Source: an uncultured virus (IMG/VR IMGVR_UViG_3300027751_000011) (Duplodnaviria; Heunggongvirae; Uroviricota; Caudoviricetes). Taken from it: DNA of 64,000 nt. The notes beneath the pieces were generated by a model, which ran no database searches, was not told where the DNA came from, and saw only the letters and a list, made by a program, of their open reading frames with translations. Shown here piece after piece: positions 44,921 through 53,239 of the stretch (positions within the stretch are counted from its first letter, which is position 1; each line of letters opens with the position of its first letter). The position numbers and the translations under genes are program-made. The stretch lies in IMG/VR virus record IMGVR_UViG_3300027751_000011; one strand, written 5' to 3'.

Positions 44921-47900
44921 TTAATATGTACCGCCGTCAATAACACCATCAATTAATCCTGCTACTTTAATACCTCCTGGAGTTGACCACACGCGTCCTC
45001 CTCCTGTCGTATTAGTATTGGCTGAATTACCCATGTATGGATGATTTAAACATTGGTATGCTATAGTTCTTGGTCCGTAGTCGTGAACCCTAATTTGAGC
45101 GTAAGAGTTTCCTACGTTTTTATCTCCAGCCGTTCCTACATAAGATATAGTAGCCGCACTATCAGAGATAAGTCCATTCTTCGCATCATCATAGTAGAAC
45201 CTAACATCGTGAGTGCTCATTGATGAATCGTGCATATGGAATTTGTATGTAACACCTGGTGTTAAATCAAGATGTGGAGCCTCGAGTGTGTAACCATAGC
45301 CACTTCTTATATAATCAGAATCGTGAGATATGTAATATCCCTTTAATGAACCATTACCATAGTACCTATGGTCTGTCGTTTTAAAATCAGATCTCATATA
45401 GAAATTAACAATAGGATCGCCAAATGAATCGTGATCGCCATCATTACTGTTTGGCGAAGCGTCTGAATCTCTATTTTGATATGTTCTAGCAATCATACCC
45501 ACTTTAGGAGTCACAGCAAGGTTGCTACCGCTCATACCGGTAATATTTTGAATCCCGCTTAAATAGTTACCAAGGTATCTAGCGGCTAGTCTATTTAAGC
45601 CAATACCTGAAGTATTACCGTATTGGAGGTTTACACCGGTCTCACCAGATATGGCTACATAAGAACCTTCATTGGTAATCCAAGTTGGGATTTTGAAGCT
45701 ATCGCCCGCTGGGGTAGTAGTTTGAAATCTAATAGGTCCTGAATTAGATTGATAAAGATCACCTGTGCCGCTTTGGCCAAATACGCCTTTACCTATTTCA
45801 AGCTTCGTGCCAGTCTGAAGAGTAACATCAGCACCAAATTCGTCTATTACTTCATCAAAAGATCCGCCATCAGCCGTAGATACGTTGTAAGTATTAGTAG
45901 CAGGTGTCCATGATGTAGAAGAAACCCCTGCGACACTTACTGTAGTTGCACTGGTAATTTGACCTTGATCATTGATTGTTAATTGCGGTACTGCCGAAGC
46001 GGAACCATATGTATTTGCAGTTACTCCAGTATTAGTAATGTCTATGGTACCAGTCGCGGGAGTATATGTTATCCCTGTTCCGCCGATAAGAGAATTTTTA
46101 GAATCACTATCGGCTCTTGCACTAGTATAATATAGATTGGTAGAACCTTCTGAAAGATTATCCGTAGACTTAAGTGCCAATCTTACATCAAAATCTGAAT
46201 CAGCTCTTACTGTGGTGTAATATAAGTTGCTACCTTCGGCAACATCACCTGTAGACTTAGTTGCCAGTCTTGTGTCAAAATCTGAATTAGCGCGAGCTGT
46301 GGTATAGTATAGATTAGTTCCCTCTGGTAATATAGTTGTTGATGAACTGCCTAAGTCGCTATCGAAATTAGCCTTACTATAAACTTCTTCAACATCAATA
46401 CTGATAACACCAGTACTAGAATTATAAGAAAGGTCTCCTGTAACACTAATAGCGTTTTTAGCATCACTATCAGCTCGAGCAGCGGTGTAATAAAGATTAG
46501 TAGAACCTTCTGAAAGATCATCTGTAGATTTAGCTGCAATGTTTGCATCTACTCTAGCATCAGTATAATATAAATTTGTTAGTTCTGGTATTTCAGCAGT
46601 GTTTACAGCTCCTGGAGTTGAGCTGAAATTAATTGTAACAGCGCCGCTTGTTACAGCAAAATCATCACTACTGAATGAGGCAATACCTTTATTAGTATCG
46701 GTTGCATCCTCTCCCTTTATTTCACCCGATGATATATCAATACCCTCACCGGCAGTAAAATGAGCTCTAACTTCAGCAGCAGTAGGACCAGTGTAAGATA
46801 TTACTCCAGTTGATTCTGTATATGATAAAGAACCATCACCACCGTTATCAGTAACACTAATTGATCTTTTAGCATCGCTATCTGCTCTTGCAGTAGTATA
46901 ATAAAGGTTTGAGCCTTCAGTTAGATTAGTAGTAGTATGATTTGAAATATCAGAAGCTGTACCAGTTAAAGTACCAGTAAATCCCGTAGTCGCTTCAATT
47001 GTTGTACCAGAAATCTGTTTTGCTCTTAGATCTGCATAAGAGTATGTAGCGTGAGCAGTATTAATACTACCTGATGGTTCGGGCGTATAGTTATCAAAGA
47101 ACTTCCAAGTACCGTCTGATGTATCTCTAAACAATCCAGCGTGGCGATAAATATCATCTGGTTCGTTATAGTTACCAGCGAGACCAATTTGAACGTTAAT
47201 CGGTGACGCATCACCTGACCAGCTATCATTAAGATCATGCCCAGTAGCAGCATCAAAGTCTATAGAAACACCATAGCCTAAAGGCGCTATAAGTCCGTTA
47301 TTAGTAAGGTTCCATGTAGATGGGCCTAGTGCAGAATCAAATGGTTGTACACCAGCACCAAAACTATCTAACGCCCATTCAATAGTATCTCCGCCGGTCG
47401 CACTAATTCTAACTCTAAAAGTCTCGTCTGAATCGCCTTTAAAGTGGCCAGTGAATGTAGCGTTTTGGTCGCCAGTACCATTAAAGTTAGTATTACCTGC
47501 ACCGATTGTATCACCAGCACCAAGATAGATAAATGTATCCGCAACGTTGAGGTTTGATACCGCAGTACGAGTTTCCGTACCTAGAACGTTTAGGTTACCA
47601 CCGATAGTAAGATCTGCATCTATTCTACCGTCACCTGCAACTCTTAAAGTTTCTACTACTTCTTTTGTAATAGTAACTTGAACACAACCACCAACATTAT
47701 TTGCTTCGGCTGAATCAGCAACCAGAACCGTACCTATTTCAACTGCATAGTTTGGATAAACTGGGTTGTTAGAAATTAACTCACCTGCAGAATCTACTGA
47801 TACGTGTACTACATCGCCGGCTACAAAGTTTTGAGTGTCTAATCCTCCGACTAAACCCCTATTAATTACTAAACCATATTGGCCAGGAGAAATAATATCT

Positions 47901-50608
47901 TTAGTTAAACCTAAAGTTTTGTATACTGTATTTAAACTATTTGCTCTTGCTAGTGCTACAGTTGGGAAGTCATTTGATGCACCAGTTACATAAACTGCTT
48001 TACCTTTATCAATCTGGCTACCAGAGTTATTAAAGACTCTTGTTACTTCTTCTTGTCCCAGTTTTATTACACTTGCAGTAGAAGATTTATATACTAGAGC
48101 ATCAGGTCCAGGGTTGTACCATAATCCACCTTCAACTGTTGTTGGAGCACTTCCGTCAGGATAACTAGTGGGATCTAATTCAATATACCCTAAGTTTGCC
48201 CGGCCTGCGTCAATGCTATCTACGGTAAGGTTAGATGCATTTATTTGTGTTATAGATGCAGAATCACTTGTAATTTGTCCTATTGTCGCAGAATCGAAAA
48301 CACCTTGACCAGCTTGTAATTTTATTTTACCTGAATTATGATTTCTCATAACCATGCTGCCATCGCTATCTGCCATGACTAGTGTGCCCAAATAAATGGA
48401 ATTACCGCTTAGGTATAAATCTTTCCATTTTTGTGCTGAATCACCTAGATTATAAGCACTATCTGCTCCTGGAAGTAAATGGCCTGTAACAGTAACTGGA
48501 CCGGTAACATCTATTCCTGCATTAAATTTTACTGCAGTACCAAAGCTATCGATTAGAGTATTAAACTCTCCACCATCAGCTGTATTAATTGTTAGTGTAC
48601 TATTAACCCCGCTCCAAGATGTAGAATCAACACCTGCAACATTCACAGTTCCAGCCGCAGTTAACCTACCTTGTTGGTCGACAGTAAATGTAGGAACCAA
48701 GCTAGCCGATCCGTATGATCCTGGAGTCACGCTTGTGTCGTCTAAATTTACTGTATTTGTTGCAGCATCATACGTAAGAGCGGTTCCACCAGATATAGCA
48801 GCGTCAAGGTCTGAATCAAAATTAGCAGCAGAGTATATGCTCTCAACGTCAATGCTAAAATCGCCAGTAGTTGAGTTATATGATAAATCACCGCTTGCGC
48901 TAAGATGACTTCTAACTGCAGAAGCAGATGTGGCATCTCCTAATGCACTATCAAATCTTGCTCTAGTATAATAAAGATTATCGCCTTCTGAAAGATTAGT
49001 AGTGGATTTAGTTGCTAATCTTACATCAAATGCACTATCTACTCTCGACTGAGTATAATAAAGGTTTGTACCTTCAGCAACATCAGTTGTAGTTCTATCT
49101 GCAAATCCTTGGTTAATGTCGGAATCTGTTCTTACCTTAGTGTAATAAAGATTAGAACCTTCTGTAAGATCTGCAGTTGATTTTGTCGTTAGTCTATTAT
49201 CAAAGTCAGAATCGGCTCTCGTAGTTGTATAATAGAGGTTGCTACCTTCTGATAGATCGCTAGTAGTGTTGGATTTTATTTCATCAATATAGAATGTACC
49301 AACCATAGCGGCATGTATTCCGCACTGATAAACTAAAGTATCGGGTGCATCAAATGGTACCGTGAATGTGATTTGATTAGTACCGTCACCTACTACGCCT
49401 GAAGTATATTGCGTACCTCCGTCTTCCAATCTTATTTCGATAGGATGCGAGCCGTGTGACGGATTATTGATAATATATGTTTTACCACGTTGAAGATATA
49501 TAGATGGATTATCGCCAGATTGTACAGGGAAACCATCTCCTGTAAATTGATAAGCTCCGCCATTTGCACTTGCTACATCAATTATAACTTCAGCTCTTCT
49601 GATAATTTCGAAAGTGTCATGAGCTGAGTCATAAGTTAAAGTAACTGAAGATTGTAAAGCGTTATCTAGATCTGAGTCAAAGTTACTAGCGTCGTAGACT
49701 TGAGAAACGTCAACAGAAAATTCACCAGTACTAGAATTATAGACAATATCGCCAGATGTAGAAAAATAGTTTCTAATAGCAGATATGCTAGTAGTATCTC
49801 CTAATGCACTATCAAATCTTGCTCTAGTATAATAAAGATTAGAACCTTCTGCTAAATTACCAGTATTATAAGGATCTAAAGTAATTACTTCGGCAAAGGT
49901 TCCGCCATCTGCGGTACTAATAGTAAACGTACCATTAGATGAATCAAAGTCTATACTTGAAACGCCTGCGACTGCAACCTCTCCGGCTGATTCCACTAAA
50001 CCTAAATCATTTAACTTAAATACCGGAATATTGGTTGCGCCGCCATATGTTCCTGCTGCTGCTCCAGCACTATCTAGAGCTATGTTTAAGTTATAGTCTA
50101 ATCCTACTTTTGCGCCAGAAGTAGTTATTCCATTTCCGCCAATAGCATTTACAATTTCATTGCCGTATAGCTCAACAGAATCTATAAATCCTTCATCTGT
50201 TTTAAATTGTAAATTCGAAACTTTTCCTATTTCCGTATCAACATATATCTTAGGAGTAAGGTCATTATTATTAAATACTGAAACGTCATCTACACTAACA
50301 GTATTAGCTTCTAAATTGCCTGCTATATCTACAGCACCACTTATAGTAGTTGCAGCTGAAGTAATAGTTAGATTATTACCAGACATTGTTAGCGTATCGC
50401 TATCAAACTGGAAATTATCTATATTAAGATTATTAAGAACAGAGGTATTTACAAAGGCGGCCGCTGCAGAATCGTACCTTAAAAGCTGGTTATCAGCTAA
50501 AGATGTTAAAGAAAATCCTGAAAGGTTCTGGATACTGAATGACCCTGAAGTAACATTTCTTAAAGGAGTTCCGACAACAACCTTTTTAATTATAGTAGTT
50601 ACTGCCAT
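44921..50608 (-). CDS. Long fibre-like virion protein (1895 aa) with T..L.EG.NLYYT repeats and two cupredoxin-like modules
   Basis: 11 NLYYT repeats counted; G.YG.A..VP..T....G..T.A repeats; YQCGIHAAM and YQCLNHPYM; C-terminal IDGGTY. Confidence 0.82.
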   Translation of the reverse strand: MAVTTIIKKVVVGTPLRNVTSGSFSIQNLSGFSLTSLADNQLLRYDSAAAAFVNTSVLNNLNIDNFQFDSDTLTMSGNNLTITSAATTISGAVDIAGNLEANTVSVDDVSVFNNNDLTPKIYVDTEIGKVSNLQFKTDEGFIDSVELYGNEIVNAIGGNGITTSGAKVGLDYNLNIALDSAGAAAGTYGGATNIPVFKLNDLGLVESAGEVAVAGVSSIDFDSSNGTFTISTADGGTFAEVITLDPYNTGNLAEGSNLYYTRARFDSALGDTTSISAIRNYFSTSGDIVYNSSTGEFSVDVSQVYDASNFDSDLDNALQSSVTLTYDSAHDTFEIIRRAEVIIDVASANGGAYQFTGDGFPVQSGDNPSIYLQRGKTYIINNPSHGSHPIEIRLEDGGTQYTSGVVGDGTNQITFTVPFDAPDTLVYQCGIHAAMVGTFYIDEIKSNTTSDLSEGSNLYYTTTRADSDFDNRLTTKSTADLTEGSNLYYTKVRTDSDINQGFADRTTTDVAEGTNLYYTQSRVDSAFDVRLATKSTTNLSEGDNLYYTRARFDSALGDATSASAVRSHLSASGDLSYNSTTGDFSIDVESIYSAANFDSDLDAAISGGTALTYDAATNTVNLDDTSVTPGSYGSASLVPTFTVDQQGRLTAAGTVNVAGVDSTSWSGVNSTLTINTADGGEFNTLIDSFGTAVKFNAGIDVTGPVTVTGHLLPGADSAYNLGDSAQKWKDLYLSGNSIYLGTLVMADSDGSMVMRNHNSGKIKLQAGQGVFDSATIGQITSDSASITQINASNLTVDSIDAGRANLGYIELDPTSYPDGSAPTTVEGGLWYNPGPDALVYKSSTASVIKLGQEEVTRVFNNSGSQIDKGKAVYVTGASNDFPTVALARANSLNTVYKTLGLTKDIISPGQYGLVINRGLVGGLDTQNFVAGDVVHVSVDSAGELISNNPVYPNYAVEIGTVLVADSAEANNVGGCVQVTITKEVVETLRVAGDGRIDADLTIGGNLNVLGTETRTAVSNLNVADTFIYLGAGDTIGAGNTNFNGTGDQNATFTGHFKGDSDETFRVRISATGGDTIEWALDSFGAGVQPFDSALGPSTWNLTNNGLIAPLGYGVSIDFDAATGHDLNDSWSGDASPINVQIGLAGNYNEPDDIYRHAGLFRDTSDGTWKFFDNYTPEPSGSINTAHATYSYADLRAKQISGTTIEATTGFTGTLTGTASDISNHTTTNLTEGSNLYYTTARADSDAKRSISVTDNGGDGSLSYTESTGVISYTGPTAAEVRAHFTAGEGIDISSGEIKGEDATDTNKGIASFSSDDFAVTSGAVTINFSSTPGAVNTAEIPELTNLYYTDARVDANIAAKSTDDLSEGSTNLYYTAARADSDAKNAISVTGDLSYNSSTGVISIDVEEVYSKANFDSDLGSSSTTILPEGTNLYYTTARANSDFDTRLATKSTGDVAEGSNLYYTTVRADSDFDVRLALKSTDNLSEGSTNLYYTSARADSDSKNSLIGGTGITYTPATGTIDITNTGVTANTYGSASAVPQLTINDQGQITSATTVSVAGVSSTSWTPATNTYNVSTADGGSFDEVIDEFGADVTLQTGTKLEIGKGVFGQSGTGDLYQSNSGPIRFQTTTPAGDSFKIPTWITNEGSYVAISGETGVNLQYGNTSGIGLNRLAARYLGNYLSGIQNITGMSGSNLAVTPKVGMIARTYQNRDSDASPNSNDGDHDSFGDPIVNFYMRSDFKTTDHRYYGNGSLKGYYISHDSDYIRSGYGYTLEAPHLDLTPGVTYKFHMHDSSMSTHDVRFYYDDAKNGLISDSAATISYVGTAGDKNVGNSYAQIRVHDYGPRTIAYQCLNHPYMGNSANTNTTGGGRVWSTPGGIKVAGLIDGVIDGGTY
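48935..49841. repeat. 46-bp perfect direct repeat (48935-48980 and 49796-49841) inside the fibre gene
   Basis: ATCTCCTAATGCACTATCAAATCTTGCTCTAGTATAATAAAGATTA occurs twice; encodes NLYYTRARFDSALGD. Confidence 0.85.
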
Positions 50609-50609
50609 C

Positions 50610-50966
50610 TTATGCTCCTGCCTGTGTAACGTTAGGAGTTACTTGAAACCTACCTTCTAAAACTCTTTCAACAATAGTATCTCCATCGCTATCAGTAAAA
50701 GAAAGATTAACGTCATAAACGTATCTTCCAATTTGAAGCGCACTAGTATCAGTATTGGTGAGAGAAATGGTTGCTATACCGCCCGTAGGCGGAGCAGCTA
50801 TAATTGAATTAAAATCTACAGAAGCTTCTGAGCTATAATTGCGCTTTAAAGATGCACTAACTGAATGATTTGTTAAATTCTTAGTATTACCATTGGCATC
50901 AAGCATATGAATCTCAATGGCAATGTCAGTACCCTTGTCTACACTAAATTCTTCGTATTGGGCCAT
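50610..50966 (-). CDS. Conserved small virion protein (G.I..SLT...T..L..GRYVYDV...RVLEG...VTP.VT)
   Basis: Motif typical of marine T4-like baseplate/fibre regions; AGGAG RBS. Confidence 0.8.
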   Translation of the reverse strand: MAQYEEFSVDKGTDIAIEIHMLDANGNTKNLTNHSVSASLKRNYSSEASVDFNSIIAAPPTGGIATISLTNTDTSALQIGRYVYDVNLSFTDSDGDTIVERVLEGRFQVTPNVTQAGA

Positions 50967-51025
50967 AAAACACTCCTGGTTTCTTTGTCGGACGTGCTAA
51001 ATCGCCCCTGCCTTATATTTAGTGT

Positions 51026-51033
51026 TATTTATA
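51026..51033 (-). promoter_or_regulatory. Late promoter TATAAATA(ACAC)
   Basis: Exact consensus upstream of 50610..50966. Confidence 0.8.
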
Positions 51034-51068
51034 AGAAAAGGAACTTATGTTTGATGAATTATAAGAAT

Positions 51069-51653
51069 TTATCTCCACCACATTTCGTGGATCCAGGACA
51101 TGCTCGAGGCGGTCGAGCCTGGCCAAGATATTATAATGTCATCTGAAGTAAGATCAACACTTTCATTTACGAAAATTCTTTTATACTTAGACACTTTGTT
51201 TGATTCAACGTTCCTTGTGCCAACGCTTTGATAACTTGAAAGGTAAAATTGCGGTCTCGTAGGAGAGTTATTTCCTCCACCAGCTTTAATATATACAAAA
51301 ACAAAAGAGTTTATTCCAATATTCACCGCAGAGTCATCCATTGTATAAGCTCTGGAAGTTGCCGTACCTGCATTACTAAACTGTAATGTGATGTTTCCAG
51401 TCCAACTCTGAGTTCCGGATGCAATTGAGTTACATGTCATTTTTAATAGTGCTTCACTAAAATCATTTGTAGTGGGTTGTACGTTTTGTGTGTTCAAGTT
51501 CACAGTACCTGCCGTCCAAGAAGCACTGCTTCTTTGATAAGACGAACCATTGTTCCACCGCCTTTGATCGTGAACGCTAGTAGGGACTACTGCAATATTA
51601 GATAACCCATAACTATCACTCAAAACTTCTACACCGTTAATTTTATATCCCAT
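51069..51653 (-). CDS. Putative fibre-tip/adhesin protein, paralogue 3 of 3
   Basis: TVNLNTQNVQPTTNDFSEA...MSWIHEMWWR shared with neighbours. Confidence 0.72.
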   Translation of the reverse strand: MGYKINGVEVLSDSYGLSNIAVVPTSVHDQRRWNNGSSYQRSSASWTAGTVNLNTQNVQPTTNDFSEALLKMTCNSIASGTQSWTGNITLQFSNAGTATSRAYTMDDSAVNIGINSFVFVYIKAGGGNNSPTRPQFYLSSYQSVGTRNVESNKVSKYKRIFVNESVDLTSDDIIISWPGSTASSMSWIHEMWWR

Positions 51654-52082
51654 TTGTTATACCTTTATTTGCAACCATTAACCACGCCAGAAGCATCTGT
51701 GCGTCCATGTCATAGTTGAAGGGCCGCCTCGCCATCTTATTTCAACGTCATCGGTAGTGTAATCCATATGTTGTCCTGCTAAGCTAACTGATGACATGAT
51801 ATCTTCCACATTTGGATCTGTATAATAAGCTCTGATAAGACTCTTTCGATCATTATTAGGATTGGATATATTACTCTCTGTTGTTCGCACATGTATTAAT
51901 AACTTTTGATTTAAACTAATTGGTGGATTCGACGTAAACGCAAGCCAAAGCCATTGATGGCTACTGCCAAATCTGTATTCGATATTATTTGACCAGTTTT
52001 GACCTGAACCACCACTTAGCGCAGTGCACTTAAATTCAAACCAAGCATCGCTGAAATCATTTGTAGTGGGTTGTACGTTTTG
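51460..52082. repeat. 29-bp perfect direct repeat (51460-51488 and 52054-52082) in adjacent paralogues
   Basis: AAATCATTTGTAGTGGGTTGTACGTTTTG in both genes. Confidence 0.85.
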
Positions 52083-52265
52083 CGTACGCAAGTTTACAGT
52101 AGTGTCAAAAAAGGGGCCCCAGGTGGGACCTAAAGAGTATGTGCTTCCTGTTGACCAATTTCTATGACTATTAACACTACTCACATCGTCTACGTTTAAT
52201 AGACTTCTAGAGCCATTTATAATGGTCCACGTATTACCGTTGGCGTCTGATGTGATCAAACTCAT
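51678..52265 (-). CDS. Putative fibre-tip/adhesin protein, paralogue 2 of 3
   Basis: TVNLRTQNVQPTTNDFSDA...MTWTHRCFWR. Confidence 0.72.
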   Translation of the reverse strand: MSLITSDANGNTWTIINGSRSLLNVDDVSSVNSHRNWSTGSTYSLGPTWGPFFDTTVNLRTQNVQPTTNDFSDAWFEFKCTALSGGSGQNWSNNIEYRFGSSHQWLWLAFTSNPPISLNQKLLIHVRTTESNISNPNNDRKSLIRAYYTDPNVEDIMSSVSLAGQHMDYTTDDVEIRWRGGPSTMTWTHRCFWRG

Positions 52266-52299
52266 TGCTTAAGCTCCGTTTTAGATAAGTAAAGATAAT

Positions 52300-52923
52300 T
52301 CATCGATAGTAACATTTGTGCGTCCAAGTCATGCTTGGCGCTGAATGGGTCGGATATGCTATTCTAATAGTATTTTGATCCGATGAATTAAATGACCCCC
52401 AATTAAAAAATCCAAAAAAGCTTTTATAACTGTTAGTAAGCTGATCAAGATATCCTGTTTGTGAATTAAATTTCTGATAAGCATGTGCAAGATAATAAGT
52501 ATAAACCGAGGAGTTCTGAGCTCCGTTAAACACAACATGAATATACGCCTGATTACCAACATTTGTGTAATTGGCAAAGCTAATTAATGGTTCATTCTCA
52601 TAATTGGTCCCAATCTCCCATGTCACACTACCATTAAAAGAATAGGTGTTGGATCCACCTGACATCGCAGTGCAACGAATCTCGAAAACGGCTTCTCTAA
52701 AATCCTTTGTTTGGGGCCAGCATTGTTGAGCTCTAAGATCGTAGGTTGTCGCTGTCGAAGTGTTGGCATGAGTGAAGCTACCAAATGCTTCGTTCCATCC
52801 ACCCGACCCAAAGAATTTTTGCATAGTCCCTGTGTCAATATCAGTTATATTTTCGATATCAGGTTTGGTCCCAAAAGTAAAACCAGATGGTATAACCGTA
52901 CTACCGTTTATTTTAAATGCCAT
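52300..52923 (-). CDS. Putative fibre-tip/adhesin protein, paralogue 1 of 3
   Basis: MAFKINGSTVI; TYDLRAQQCWPQTKDFREA...MTWTHKCYYR. Confidence 0.72.
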   Translation of the reverse strand: MAFKINGSTVIPSGFTFGTKPDIENITDIDTGTMQKFFGSGGWNEAFGSFTHANTSTATTYDLRAQQCWPQTKDFREAVFEIRCTAMSGGSNTYSFNGSVTWEIGTNYENEPLISFANYTNVGNQAYIHVVFNGAQNSSVYTYYLAHAYQKFNSQTGYLDQLTNSYKSFFGFFNWGSFNSSDQNTIRIAYPTHSAPSMTWTHKCYYR

Positions 52924-52926
52924 TAA

Positions 52927-53238
52927 TTACACCTCGGGTTGGCTGGGCCAATCGTCATCTTCTAATAACGGCCAGTTAGAGTGTGTAGGTAAGTCTCTTA
53001 GAGATGCTCTATAAGTCTGATAAGGGCTTCTAATAGAATCTGGAACATCTACACCTTGTGTCCAATCACATTTTTTTAGAAGCTCTGTTCTTCTTTCCTT
53101 TTGTGCATTAATAAAAGCAGGATCTGTAAAAAGAAATACTCTGTGTGCCTCTGCCTGCTCAATCATTTCAGGTGTCATATCTGCGGTCTGGACTGTGCCA
53201 TCGCTGTCAATGTAATCATATGTTGTTACTACTGGCAT
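52927..53238 (-). CDS. Tail fibre assembly chaperone
   Basis: R..LL..CDWTQ..DVP......YR..LRDLP.......WP..P signature. Confidence 0.88.
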   Translation of the reverse strand: MPVVTTYDYIDSDGTVQTADMTPEMIEQAEAHRVFLFTDPAFINAQKERRTELLKKCDWTQGVDVPDSIRSPYQTYRASLRDLPTHSNWPLLEDDDWPSQPEV

Positions 53239-53239
53239 T

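Noticed and set aside
51069..52923. Diversity-generating retroelement template/variable repeat pair
   Set aside because: The repeat is short, mismatches flanking it are not adenine-specific, both copies lie mid-gene, and there is no reverse transcriptase in the window.
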